From: Octopus sinensis
Lineage: Eukaryota
Assembly (NCBI RefSeq): GCF_006345805.1
Contig: NC_043011.1
Span: forward strand, 38,452,464-38,516,463
Length of the DNA: 64,000 bases
Direction of reading: 5' to 3'
Position numbers and translations under genes: made by a program
Shown: positions 38,840 through 53,149 of the stretch, in pieces
Layout of the letters: each line of letters begins with the position of its first letter
Numbering within the stretch: position 1 is the first letter of the stretch
Notes under the pieces: model-generated
The model's database searches: none
The model's input: the letters and a program-made list of their open reading frames with translations, nothing else
Told to the model about the DNA's origin: nothing

Positions 38840-39190
38840 AGGCGCAGGAGTAGCTGTGTGGTAAGTAGCTTGCATACTAATCTCATGGTTCCGAGTTCAG
38901 TCCCACTGCGTGGCACCTTGGGCGAGTGTCTTCTACTATAGCCTCGGCCCGACCAAAGCCTTGTGAGTGAATTTGGGAGACGGAAACTGAAAGAAGCCCG
39001 TCGTGTATATGTATATATATATATGTCTCTGTGTGTGTTTGTGTGTCTGTGTTTGTCCCCCCCAACATCGCTTGACAACCGATGCTAGTGTGTTTACGTC
39101 CCCATAACTTAGCGGTTCTGCCAAAGTGACCGATAGAATAAGTACTAGGCTTACAATGAATAAATCATATGGTCGATTTGCTTGACTAAA
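38840..39190 (+). mobile_element. Family A SINE, 3'-truncated, followed by a 33-bp duplication
   Basis: Family A head and body. TTGACTAAAAACAAGCAAAACAAATATAATTAC occurs at 39198-39230 and 39240-39272. Confidence 0.88.
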
Positions 39191-39489
39191 AATAGGCTTG
39201 ACTAAAAACAAGCAAAACAAATATAATTACTAAATATAATTGACTAAAAACAAGCAAAACAAATATAATTACAGGTGATAAAATCTAAAAGCAAGCGAAT
39301 TAGTTATTGAGCAAAATATCAATTTGTAATTTGACCGACAAGAGATGGTAGCAAAATCTCCCTCATATCAAACGCCCCTTAGTGTGTCTAAGAATAAGAA
39401 CCAGAATGTGGTTCTACATTTCACCAGAACTAAAAGATGAGATGCCGTATATAGGACTGCTCGAGAAGTGTTGACGTAGCGATTACCAT

Positions 39490-39880
39490 GGACGACGAAA
39501 AGACATTCTGTTTTTCACCATCCTCCTCCTCCTAATCATAACTATTATCATCATTATCATTGTTATAAGTAGCACCACCACCAATATCTCTATCATCATA
39601 ATCATCAGCATCAAAGTCACATTCACAATCATCAACGTCATCGTTGCCGTAGTCAACGCTGTTATCGTCATCATTGTCCCTATCGTTGTCGTCATCGTCA
39701 TCATCCTTCTCATCATCATGATCTTCATCGTCACCGTGGTCGCCGTCACGTAGTTGCCGTCGTTGTTGTCGTGGCCATCGTCGACATCATCTTCGTTGTC
39801 GACATCATTTTTCGTCTTCGGCGTCATCATTGTCATGGTTTTCATCGCCATCGGTTTAACCTCGTCGTAGCCATCATTAT
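39490..39880. repeat. Cryptic (CAT/CGT)n trinucleotide tract
   Basis: Read directly from the sequence. Confidence 0.85.
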
Positions 39881-39885
39881 CGTTA

Positions 39886-40648
39886 GCAGCGCAATGGCCC
39901 AGTGGTCAGGGCAGAGGACTCGCGGTCGTAAGAACGCGGTTTCGATTCCCAGACCGGGCATTGTGAGTGTTTATTGAGCAAAAACACCTAAGCTCCACGA
40001 GGGTCCGGCGGGGGAAGGGGGGTGAACCCCGCTGTACCCTTTCGTAAGAACGCGGTTTCGATTCCCAGACCGGTCGTTCTGAGTGTTTATTGAGCAAAAA
40101 CACCTAAGCTCCACGAGAATCCGGCGGGGGAAGGGGGGGTGAACCCCGCTGTACCCTTTCGTAAGAACGCGGTTTCGATTCCCAGACCGGTCATTCTGAG
40201 CGTTTATTGAGCAAAAACACCTAAGCTCCACGAGGCTCCGGCGGGGGGGGGGGGCGTGAACCCCGCTGTACTCTTTCATCACAACTTTCTCTCACTTCTT
40301 CTTTCTACTTCTGCCACAAAGCAGAGGAACCATGGTGTAACCACACTATGGTGTGGTAAACTTTCAGACCCGAGTCTAGATTGCGAATCATCTGTACCCT
40401 AGAATGGTTTAGCTCTCCACCCGTTAAAAGTCACAGTTTACGGAATGAAGATAACAACGTAGCTTTCGCGCCCGTGCAACAGCCAGTCTATTGCGTGTGG
40501 TGGGTGGATCTTCAAGTTGCCTCACGCATTCTAAGTAGTTTAGAGAAGGCTCGAATTAGAGATTACTCTTTGTGGCTAATGACGTGAGTCCTGATTGGAA
40601 GAAGAAGAAGAAGAAGAAGAAGAAGAAGAAGAAGAAGAAGAAGAAGAA
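39886..40648 (+). mobile_element. Composite family C SINE with triplicated B-box module and (GAA)n tail
   Basis: Units at 39928-40043, 40044-40160 and 40161-40277, then the shared 3' module and (GAA)n at ~40598-40648. Confidence 0.92.
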
Positions 40649-41131
40649 GCACGATCATAATCATCATCATCATCGGCATCATCGTAACGATGAAGGTGAT
40701 GCCGAGGAAAGGAAGAAGATCATCAGTATGACCATCAATATAGTGGTCCTCTCTTTCATCCTTTATTATCACGATTATCATCCTCACCGTGATCCTCACG
40801 GACAACGCAGCCATAATCTTCTTCACCGTCCGGATCGCCGCTACTTTCGAAGCATAATCTGTATCATCGTCGTACATGGTTACTGAGAGAAGAATAATAT
40901 CAGACGTAGAAACCACAGAGTTTTAGCAAAAAAAAAATCATATCTAATATTTGCTTACATCATATTATGGAGAAGGGAAGAAAATGCACCGAGAGAAAGA
41001 GCGACGGAATTTACTGATATGAAATGCCAGTAAGTATGTATTTACGATAGAAGAGTATTTATATTGGGTGAATGAAAACCATTTATCATATAAATGTAGA
41101 AAATGGATACGCGCGCGTGTGTGTGTATATG

Positions 41132-41166
<35 letters not shown>

Positions 41167-41267
41167 ATATATATATATGTAGGTATATCTTTATATATAT
41201 ATATATATTTGTATTCATATATAAATGTATTTATATATATATACACATATATACATTATATGTTTTT

Positions 41268-41314
<47 letters not shown>

Positions 41315-41573
41315 GTTTATATATATATGTATTTATATATACATATAAATATATATATGTATTTATATATACATATAGATATATATATGTATATATTATA
41401 TATCTATGTAAGTATTATGTATTTATATATGTATGTATATATTAGCTCAATATAATTGTGTGGTGGAATGGAGGAAGCATTAATTCATATCAAACATTAA
41501 CAGACTAATTTTCTGATCAAGTTAATCAATCAACGAACATGTGTGTGTGTGTATGGGTGTATATATCTATGCG

Positions 41574-42198
<625 letters not shown>

Positions 42199-43610
42199 CA
42201 TACCCACATGTATACATATACACATAAATATATACTCACAACATCCCTCTCTCTCTCTCTCCCCCACACATACGTACACACACGCTCGCACACACAAATA
42301 CACGTCGTTGTATATACATCAGCATCATCAGCATCATCATCTTCATCGTCATCCTCTTTTAGCAAAGATGGAAGATGGAAGAGAGAAAAATTAATGTCTA
42401 AAATATATTTTCCGGACACATATATACTGTAATTATTCAAATAATTATGTGTCCACTACGAAAGTTCTCTTTTATGGCGATAACGATTAATTCGTGTAAA
42501 CGTAAGTTATAATTCCAAATTTCCTATTTGAACTGACTTCTAATCGAATATAATGATCATAAGAATTATTACGACTAAAAGTTATTTAAGTTTATAAAGG
42601 AAAAAAAAAATTCAGTGTGGATACGATATAAAAACAAAAGAAAACAAACACCGTAAGGTAAGTAGGGAACGTGTCATGGAAATTATATGAAATTTATGAT
42701 ATAATGTGTGCGAATGTGTGGTGCGTGTGTATGTAAGTATTTGTATTGTGCGTCTGTTGAACTTTAGCGTCGTTCCGTTACGGGATTATTTCCGGTGCGG
42801 GTATTTATTACTTAGCAGTATTTCCTGATGTTAAACACAATAGTTTATTCATTCAAATCTGTGAGGATGAAGATAATGATACGTGATTTACGTACAAGGC
42901 CAACGAGATCAGTAATTTTTGTGTGTAAGATGGTGAATCGGTCCATTTCGTCTCTCATTTTATTGGTACTTTATGTTACTGATCAATAATGTCCCCAGCA
43001 CTCTCCTCAAGATGTGAACTCGGAACGTAATTAGCCGTAACGTAGACCACATTTTTTTTCCTGGTCACACTGTGAGGCGAAGGATATTTATTATACCTTT
43101 AGCTAACATATATTTGTATACTTTCGAAGAATTTATATACATATATACGTATTTATTATATAGTCTTCTGTGTATGCGCCTTCACCTTTTATCTATTAAT
43201 ATTCTTAGAAAATTGCGGGTGAGCTCGCAAAATCGTTAGGACACCGGGCGAAATGCATAGCAGTATTTAGTCTGTCTTTACGTTCTGAGTTCGAATTCCA
43301 CCGAGGTCATTGTGCCTAGAATAGGAAAGAATATTCTTCTTAGAGAAACGGGGGCGAGCTGGCAGAATCGTTAGCAAGCCGAACAAAATGCCTAGCTGCA
43401 TTTGTTTCGGCTTTGCATTCCGAATACCGACTGGGTAGAATTTCCTTTCATCCTTTCAGGGTAGATAAAGTAAGTAGCGGTTGATTACTGGGGGTCGATG
43501 TAATCAAATTGCAGAGCCTGTGGCAAAGTTTGATACCAATAGTCTTCCTAGAAAGAGAAAGCCTTCTGCTAACAAAAAAGAAAACAGTTCCTTCCTTGGA
43601 ATCATATACA

Positions 43611-43816
43611 TAGGCGTAGTAGTAGCTGTGTAGTAAATAGCTTGCTTACCAACTACATGGTTCCGGGTTCAATCCCACAGCGTGGAACCTTGGGTCTTCT
43701 ACTATAGCCTCCTACTATAGCCTCGGGCCGCCCAAGGCTTATGAGTGGATTTGGTAGGAGGAAACTGAAAGAAACTTGTGGTATGTATGTATATGTATAT
43801 ATATATATATGTGTGT

Positions 43817-43857
<41 letters not shown>

Positions 43858-44062
43858 TGTGTCTGTGCTCGTCCCCCTCAACATCGCTTGACAACCGATT
43901 CTGGTGTGATAACGTCTCCGTATCTAGCGGTTCGACAAAAGAGACCGACAGAATAAGTACTATGCTTACAAAGAATATTTCCTGAGGTCGATTTGCTCGA
44001 CTAAAGGGCGGTGCTCCAGCATGGCCGCAATTAAATGACTGAAACAAGTAAAAGAGTAAAAC
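43611..44062 (+). mobile_element. Family A SINE, full length
   Basis: Head-to-tail match; tail GGCGGTGCTCCAGCATGGCCGC at 44007-44028. Confidence 0.92.
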
Positions 44063-44116
44063 GTGTACATATATCAGAGGTACGCGTGTGGGGGGGGTGG
44101 AAGGTGCATGGTTTAC

Positions 44117-44340
44117 TGGTTGAGGTGTTCCACTCACGGGTTTCGATTCCCAGACCCGGCGTTGCGTTGTGTTCTTGAGCGAATTACTTCATTTCACGTT
44201 GCTCTGCAATCATTTCGACATCTGACATGTGGCACCTAGTTGCACCTGAACAGGTAATGTCGATCTGATGGAAGGAGTGTGCTTATGTCTACAACAACAT
44301 CTGATCACTATAAACAAATCATCTGTGTGTTTGTTCAGTA
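44117..44340 (+). mobile_element. SINE with family D-like head and a different tail
   Basis: GGTTTCGATTCCCAGACCCGGCGTTGCGTTGTGTTCTTGAGC...CTTCATTTCACGTTGCTC, then unrelated sequence. Confidence 0.65.
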
Positions 44341-44718
44341 AGAAATTGTCGAAACCTTATTCACTGTTTAACGGCGGAAGAGTCCAACATATTTATATAT
44401 ATGTACGTGTTTGTCTCCCCTTCGTAAATGTATATAAGGACACAGGGAAAAATGAGTCAAAGCCATCAGGAGGCGTTCGATGCTTCCTAGGGCTATACAG
44501 CGGTGGTGTACCCCCCTACTGTCACGTTCGTGTTAGATTGACAGTATACAACCATTCTATCGCCCCACAACCGTACATGTCTCTACGAGAGATTTAGAAA
44601 TTCAGTATTTCTTATATATATATGTATATATATATATATATATTATATATATACATACATAACTACATACATACATACTTACATACACACACACACATAC
44701 ATACATACATACATACAT

Positions 44719-44755
<37 letters not shown>

Positions 44756-46039
44756 TGGAAAGAAATAAGATCACAATTTCTTTTCAGACCAGGGTAAAAG
44801 ATGAAAATTAAATCCAACTTGACTTGCGTATCAGAATCAGATCTAATCAGATGCTCGGGCTGCCTTAAAATCTACATAAGGTCGAGAGGAATGTCGGTCA
44901 CGCAGCGATGTACAGTCCACAGACAACAGATATTTCCACTCAGCATTGCCAGATATGTCTCAGTGAACACACTGACAGATGTACAGAACAACTTGAACTA
45001 CAATTCCTAATCTTCCCATTATATCAATTTGCTATTTGGACCTCAACGCAAGTATGACTAAATAAAGAGGCCTCACCATTCTCTGCACTCGTCTGAATTG
45101 TAGCACTTGGTAAAGGGGAAGGGGGTTGAGAAACCTCAACTCCTACCCTTCCAACCTCCCCTCTCCCGACCATCCCCATAACTTTCCTATTACTCAACCT
45201 CCATGGTATTCTTTCGTTACCGCGAGAGAAGAAATTGAAAGAGAGAAGAAAGTGATAAGCCGACATTTGCATTGAAGTGAGAGGAGAAAGTGAAAGATGG
45301 ACGTATGTCTATGAGAGAGAGTGAGTGAAGGCGTGTTATTGTGTATGTGTAAGTGGCACTCACTCTCTCTCTCTCTCACACACACACACACGCACATACA
45401 TACAAAAAAGATACAATATGTATTTATGTATGTAAGTGTATATGAAAGATGTGTGCGTGTGTGTGTGTGAGATAGAGTGAATGCTACTTACGTATACACG
45501 ACGACACACACTTTTACTCTCTCTCTCTCTCTCTCTTTCTCTTTCTCTCTCTCTCATACCCACACACACTTCCTTTTCATATACACGGGCATATATCTTT
45601 CACATTCTCCTTTCTTTCGCTTTCTGTTCTCACATCAAAGCAAATGTCGCCTTCGGAAGATAGTAAAGAAATAAAACAAAATTACGGAAATTCACGAACA
45701 ATAATATGATACCATATGATCGAATTTGTCAACTATGCTCTTTGTAAGGAAAGGATACCTCTTCCATTAAGGTCTAAGGGTTACGCATATACATATCAGG
45801 CATTGGAGAGGATTACAGACGGTGTCATGCACCCAACACGGGCCAAGCTAACTTAATTTCTCCTGCAAAAGAGACGGTGGCATTTTCTCTCTTTTTCAAT
45901 ATTTAATTAAAAGAGAGAATATGTTGTTACCAAAAACGTTAAAACTTTACTAACTTGATCGATCTGTCACTGAACCAGAATTTTAATTTCATTTGATACA
46001 CACTTTCCTATCATTTATATGGATAACTGCAACAGCAAC

Positions 46040-46778
46040 ACAAGCTACCCTGCCGTGAGATGGTACCAACTGTCAATGATCTCAAATACATGTATTTTCA
46101 AACATTGCACAAAACTTCAGCAGCAGTTAATGGCTATGCGAGCAAGCCATCTTAGCTCCACGTAATGATGCTGCCGACAAAATCAATTAGGATGTCTTGC
46201 AGTTGTTGCCAAGAAAAGAACAGTCTTCAAATCTATTGACACTATCATTGATCAGGACCAAGTTGTAATTTTTTTCAACTGAGTTCCTGAACTCTTTACA
46301 GCCATCTGGGATGCCGCCACACAACTTAACACTTCCTGCTGCTCAAGAATTTGGTTCCACCTCGCCTCTGCAATGGCATCTGACTGGCGGCAGCAATTAT
46401 CACAGGGAAATCTGACCTCCCCTTTCAATTTAAACGGTTCCAGTTCCCAGGGAAAATTAGTTTTGCTATGTCGATAAACAAATCTCAAGGGCAATCTCTC
46501 AAAGTTGTTGGACTTAACCTTGCTTCTCTTTACTTCCCTCATGAGCAATTATATGAAGGATATTCGCGAGTTGGAAGCCCCAAAACTCATTTTATTTGCA
46601 CCCAAATTAAAGGACACATTGAATACATTGTATATTTAGAGGTTCTACAAAATTAAACTGTGATTGATATCAGGATTTGTTTCAATAACTGTTTATACTC
46701 ACGACATCTGATAGAATTTTTCTGAAAGTATATTTTTTATCTTTAAACTTTCGAGCAACGCCGGGTACTTAGGTTATT
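46040..46778 (+). pseudogene. Helitron RepHel C-terminal PIF1-like helicase remnant with 3' end
   Basis: AILAPRND, FKSIDT, TEFLNSLQPSGMPPHNL, PRLCNG, DLPFQFKRFQFP..FAMSINKSQGQSLKVVGLNL, QLY..YSRVGSP, IVY.EVLQN*. A decayed terminal hairpin GAGCAACGCCGGGTAC is at ~46753-46768. Confidence 0.93.
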
Positions 46779-47851
46779 ATATATGCGTGTATGTATATAT
46801 ATATATATTGTGTACGTATGTAGGTAGGTAGGAAGTGACAAGTCTGTGAGCTGGCATAGTCGTTATCGCGCCAGAGAAAATGATTGGCACCATTTCTTCT
46901 GGCTTTAAGTTCTGATTTCAAATTCAACGGAGGACTACTCTGGTTTCCATCCTTTCGAAGTCGCTAGAAATAAGTACCAGTTTAGTACTGGGGCCGATAT
47001 AATCGTCTAGCCTCCTCGCTTAAAAATTCCAGGCCCAGCATGTACAGGATAACAGGTTATGTTATATTTGTACATGTCTGTATGTCGATGCTTTTTATGT
47101 ACAAATTCACATATAATACACATATATACAGAAAAAAAAATACAGCAAAAATAACACATGGCAATATTCTCAGAGAAACATAACCAAATAAACTAAATAA
47201 TAATGAATAATTTACAACAAATTTGATCAAATGGCGAAACTAATATTTACTATCGATAAAAACACAATATGCACAGAGGATGGACATTCATTTCACAATA
47301 TCATTTCAAATAGGGTTGCGTAAATAAATAACATTAAACTACTTTCCTGAGTTTTATTAATGTTGGTCTTGAGTTAACAAAATTGTGATTCAATTGAAAT
47401 CGGAGACCCTGATATTAGATCTAATTGCAAATAAACAAATAAAATGGTTAATGAAAGCCTTATATTTTGATATTATTCAATTATTTTTATTACAATTTTA
47501 TTCTTTCTTTTTCTGATTTAATTATTATACTATTGTTAATGATAGTTAAAATGGCGCAGCTCAATAGCGAACGAGCTTAAATGTTATTTGTTTACTGAAA
47601 TCAAATCCTCTATGGGTCTGATTTGACCTGCCAAATACGCTGATTCAAACGGATAGTAGAAAAACAAAATAATAAAACATAAGAACGCATTCGCTTTTCA
47701 TTGTATTTACCTAAAATAATAAATTTGAAAAGAATCGAAAATAAATGTTGATAATGAGTCAATAAATTACAAAATTTAATTACAAAATTTGTCATGTATC
47801 ATCTAGTTTGAAAGAAATTATAATCATTGCAGTCATTGCAATTAGTTTTTG

Positions 47852-47897
<46 letters not shown>

Positions 47898-48382
47898 TTT
47901 AATACTAAAACTGTGACTAATTCTAGTTCTCTGATTATTATTTGGTTGTGTGGAAGGCGGTGACTTGGCAGAACCGTCAGCAAGCTGCGCAAAATGCTTA
48001 GTGGTATTTTGCGCGTCTTTACGTTCTGAGCTCAAAATTCCGCCGAGGTCAATATTACCTTTCATTCTTTCGGGGGTTGGTGGAATACTACCAGGCAAAT
48101 ACCGGGGCCCATTTGACTTACCCCCTCCTCCAGAAACTGCTGGCCTGTGCTAAAATTTGAATCCGTTATTAAGGTGGCGGGTTTGCAGACTTGTTAGCGC
48201 ACAGAACAAAATACTTCACATTTCCACTATCTTTACATGCTGAGTTCAAATTCCGCCAAAGTCGATTTTGTGTGTTATCGTTTCGGGGCTGATGGAATAA
48301 GTGCCAATTGAGCACTGGCTTCCATTTTATCGACTTACCCCTCCCACAAAATGTCCGGCCTTGTCCCTATAGTAGAAAGAAT

Positions 48383-48708
<326 letters not shown>

Positions 48709-48713
48709 AGCAA

Positions 48714-49530
48714 GGCAGCGGGCTGGCAAAATGGTTAGCAGGCTGGGCGAAATGTTTAGCGGCATTTCGTCTGCCGTTACGTTGTGAGTTCAAATTCCGC
48801 CGAGGTCGACTTTGCCTTTCATCCTTTCGGGGTCGATAAGTTAAGTACCAGTTACACACTGGGGTGGATGTAATCGACTTTATCCGTTTGTCTGTCCTTG
48901 TTGGTTCCCTTGTGGGTAGTAAAGAAATAGGTATTTCGTCTGCAGTTATTTTCTGAGTTCAAATTCCGCAGAGGTCGACATTACCTTTAATCCTTTCGGG
49001 GTCGATAAATTAAGTGCCAGTTACGCACTGTGGTCGATGTAATCGACTTAATCCCTTTGTCTGTCCTTGTTTGTCCCCTCTATGTTCAGCCCCTTGTAGG
49101 CAATAAAGAAATAAGAAACGTTAGGACACCGGGCGAAATGCTTAGCGGTATTTCGTCTGCCGTTACGTTGTGAGTTCAAATTCCGCCGAGGTCGACTTTG
49201 CCTTTCATCCTTCTGGGGTCGATTAAATAAATACCAGTTACGCACTAGGGTCCATATAATCGACTTAATCTCTTTGTCTGCCCTTGTTTGTCCTCTCTGT
49301 GTTTAGCCCCTTGTGGGCAGTAAAGAAATAAGAAACGTTAGGACGCCGGGCAAAATGAGAAGCGGTATTTCGTCTGACTTTATGTTCTGAGTTCAAATTC
49401 CGCCGAGGTCGGCATTGCCTCTTATCCTTTCGGGGTCAAAAAATTGAGTACTAGTTGCGTATTGGGGTCGATCTAACCGACTGTCCCACCTCCCAAAATG
49501 TTTCGGACCTTGTGCCTCGATTAGAAAAGA
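48714..49530 (+). mobile_element. Head-to-tail array of four family B SINE units
   Basis: Units at ~48714-48930, 48931-49113, 49114-49330 and 49331-49530. Units 2-4 lack the 5' part of the head. Confidence 0.9.
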
Positions 49531-49854
49531 ATACTCGATTTCATTCTGATATATTTTCTTGTTCTTTACGTTCAAAATTTAAATCCCACTGACATCAAGG
49601 TTCCCTCACCTCAGCTGGTCTGTAAGTCAACGTACCAGTCAAGTACAGGAATCTATGGTACCAATTTGGCCAGTCCTTTCAAAATTGCTGGCCTTGTACA
49701 AGAAATTAGAAAGAATTATTATTTAAATGGCAGAAAATGCCACCAGCGGATAGAATCGTTAACGAGTCAGAAATAGAAATATTTTGCGGCTTCTCTTCGG
49801 CTGTTTGGGTTCTCAGTTCTGATACGGTCAAAATTGTCTTTCGTCCTTTTGTTG

Positions 49855-50240
49855 TTGTTTGTTCCTTCTCGAGCCATGCTTGGCTCATAAGGGCCGGTTT
49901 CCCGGTTTCTTTGGCGTATAGGTTCCCCACCTGGATGGGACGCCGGTCCGTCGCAGGTGAGCTGCAAGATGCAGGATGAAAGAGTGAGAGAAAGTTGTGG
50001 CGAAAGAGTCAGTAGAAGTTCGCCATTACATTCTGCTGGAGTCGCGTGGATGGTTATTATTTGATGGTTAAGGTGGCGTGCTGGCAGAGTTGTTAGCAGA
50101 CCGAATAGAATGCTTAACAGCATTTCGTTCGTCCGTACGTTCTGAGTTCAAATCCTGCCTTGTATTTCACTCATAAACACACACATCGCCCGGTCTGAGA
50201 TTCGAATCCGTGATCTCTCGACCGCGAGTCTGCTGCTCTA
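49855..50240 (-). mobile_element. Family C-type SINE with family D-like tail, interrupted by a 107-bp insertion
   Basis: Head at 50240-50165 and body at 50050-49975. Tail CTGCGACGGACCGGCGTCCCATCCAGG...GAAACCGGGAAACCGG resembles the tail at 2440-2520. Confidence 0.8.
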
Positions 50241-50697
50241 ACCACTAGGCTATGTGCCTCCTTTTGTTGTTGGTATAACAAAATACCAGTTGAGCACTGG
50301 AATCAACATAACCGAGTCATCCATATCATTAAAATATCCCTGGCTGTGTATTCTTATTATGATTACTGACCTTATGCCAAAATCTGAAATCATTATTACA
50401 GCTAAGATTACTAAAGCAGGAGGAGGCAGAATCGTAAGCGCATCGATCAAAATGCTATCTGCATTCTGATTACATTTCGGGTTTAATAAAGTAAGTACCA
50501 GTTATATCCTGGGGTCCATGTAATCGAGTAAACCCCGCCCTCTGATAACTGATAACTTTGTGCCAAAATTTGAAACTATTTCTAATAAGATTATTATTTG
50601 ATGGTTAAGGTGGCGTGCTGGCAGAGTTGTTAGCAGACCGAATAGAATGCTTAACAGCATTTCGTTCGTCCGTACGTTCTGAGTTCAAATCCTGCCT
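50054..50697 (+). repeat. Exact 107-bp direct duplication (50054-50160 = 50591-50697)
   Basis: The two segments read identically base by base; their flanks differ. Confidence 0.95.
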
Positions 50698-50914
50698 AGT
50701 TTGAATTTGCATTTCATTCTTTCGAAGTCGATATAATAAGCATCAGTTAAGCACTGGAGTTCAAATTCCGTCGAGGTTAACTTTGCTTTTCATGCTTTCA
50801 GCGCCGATACAATAAGTATTAATTAAGTAACTGGATCGATATAATCGATTTACCCCAGTCCTTGAGCTTATATTAGAAAGAATTATTTTGGGTGGTGGAT
50901 TGATGGTGGCATTC

Positions 50915-51253
50915 CATCAGATACGATCAACGGAACAGCCTGCTCGTGAACTTAACGTATAAGTAGCTGAGCACTCCATAGACACGAGTACCCTTAACGT
51001 GGTTCTCGGGGTAGATTCAGCGTCATACAGAGTGTGACAAGACTGGTCCTTTGAAATACAGGTACAACAAAAACAGGAAGACAGAGTGAGAGAAAGTTGT
51101 GGTGAAAGAGTACAGCAGGGTTTGCCACCACCGGAGTCATGTGGAGCTTTAGATGTTTTCACTTAATAAACACTCACAACGCCCAGTATGGGAATCGAAA
51201 CCGCGATCCTATTACCGCGGATCCACTGACCTAACCACTGGCCAATGCGCCTC
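50915..51253 (-). mobile_element. Family C SINE with tail type iv
   Basis: Family C head at 51253-51085. Tail TGTACCTGTATTTCAAAGGACCAGTCTTGTCACAC...GCAGGCTGTTCCGTTGATCG. Confidence 0.8.
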
Positions 51254-51344
51254 AACAGTGGAATGATAGAGATATTATTGCGTAATTTTTTTCTTTTTCT
51301 TGTGGTATTTGTTTCCTTGTTGTAGTAGTAGTAGTAGTTGTTGT

Positions 51345-51821
51345 CTTCTTCCAGTCAGGACTCACGCCATTAGCCACAAAGAATAATCTCTAATTCGAGT
51401 ATATTATAAGCTACAAAGTATGTGTGTGGCAACTTGAAGATCCACCCACTACACGTAATAGACAGGCGGTTGCACAGGCGCGAAAGCTTCGTTATTATAA
51501 TCATTCCGTAAACGGTGGCTATTAATGGGAGGAGAGCCGAACAATCCTGGGGTACAGAGGATTCGCAATCTAGACTAGGGTCTGAAAGTTTACCACACGA
51601 TAGTGGGTTACACCATGGTTCCTCTCCTTTGTGGCAGAAGTAGGTAGAAAGAGTGAGAGAAATTTGTGGTGAAAGAGTACAGCGTGGTTCAAAACCTTCT
51701 CTCGCCAGAGCCTCGTGGAACTTAGGTGTTTTGCTCAATAAACACTCACACTGTCCGGTCTGGGAATCGAACCCGCGTTCTTACGACCGCGAGTCCGCTG
51801 CCCTAACGAATGGGCCATTGC
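51345..51821 (-). mobile_element. Composite family C SINE (third copy)
   Basis: Same head and ~270-bp 3' module as 12181-12615 and 39886-40648. Confidence 0.88.
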
Positions 51822-52229
51822 AAATCCACGGTCGTTGTTGTTGCGTCTATGTCGTGACGAAAATCAATGAAGATTCGCTGTGGATAGCATAAGATTTGAA
51901 ATGAAATGATTTATCTCTACACTTAGCAGTTAAAAACTCTGCGAAATAACGTAAGAATGTGTATGAGTGTGTGAGTGTGATTATGTGTATGTGTTTGTGT
52001 GTGTGTGTTTGTGTACGTGTGTGTGTCTGTGTGCATCAGTACAAATGAGTGTTTGGTGTGTGACTGTGGGTACGTGTGCGCGATCAAGAGTGTGTGTTCA
52101 TGCGTGAACACACATTCATATATTTTTACATACGTACATTTTTTAAACGTATGGATGTGGGTGTAATTTGCCTATTCACATAAATATATACATATATGAA
52201 TGCACACACACACACCATACACACATGCA

Positions 52230-52267
<38 letters not shown>

Positions 52268-52268
<1 letters not shown>

Positions 52269-52652
52269 TTCTTTACTACCCACAAGGGGCTAAACATAGA
52301 GGGGGAAAACAAGGACAGACAAACGAATTAAGTCGATTACATCGACTCCCAGTGTGTAACTGGTACTTGATTTATCGACCCCGAAAGGATGAAAGGCAAA
52401 GTCGACCTCGGCGGAATTTGAACTCAGAACGTAACGGCAAACGAAATACCTATTTCTTTACTACCCACAAGGGACTAAACACACAGAGGATAAACAAGGA
52501 CAGACAAACGGATTAAATCGATTATATCGACCCCAGTGCGTAACTGGTACTTATTTAATCGACCCCGAAAGGATGAAAGGCAAAGTCGACCTCGGCGGAA
52601 TTTGAACTCTCGACGTAACGGCAGACGAAATACCGCTAAGCATTTCGCCCGG
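52268..52652 (-). mobile_element. Tandem dimer of family B SINE units
   Basis: Two units joined at AAAGAAATAGGTATTT (plus 52444-52459). Confidence 0.9.
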
Positions 52653-53149
52653 TTTGTATGTATGTTTGTGTGTGTGTATGTGTGTGCATGTGTGTGTATA
52701 TGTGCCTGTAAACTCATTTTCTAAACATACGTATTAATACGACAATATATCATAACACTTTATAGCGCAACTGATTACTTTCCATTATTAAACCCACTAA
52801 AATGTATTAGCCTCTCTACTGATAATATTTATCCAATTCTGTAAATTTTCAATTATTTAATACAACATTTCAATATTTCAATATGTATCATAGCAACAGT
52901 TAAAGAATATATTCTCGTTCGCGCATAGCATACCAAAAGTAAAGAACAATTAAAGCTTGTTCAACTTTTTCTAATGGAACATCTCTTTCCCTCACTCTAA
53001 ATAGGCATACACAAATTCCTACTCACGGTAGCGCACGCGTAGTGTGTTCGGGCTAAACTTGACAGTTTGTATAAAAGAATAAGGACACACACTTTCTCTT
53101 ATGAAAACAAACGAATGTTAAAAAATATCAAAATATCTCGTCTGGATTA

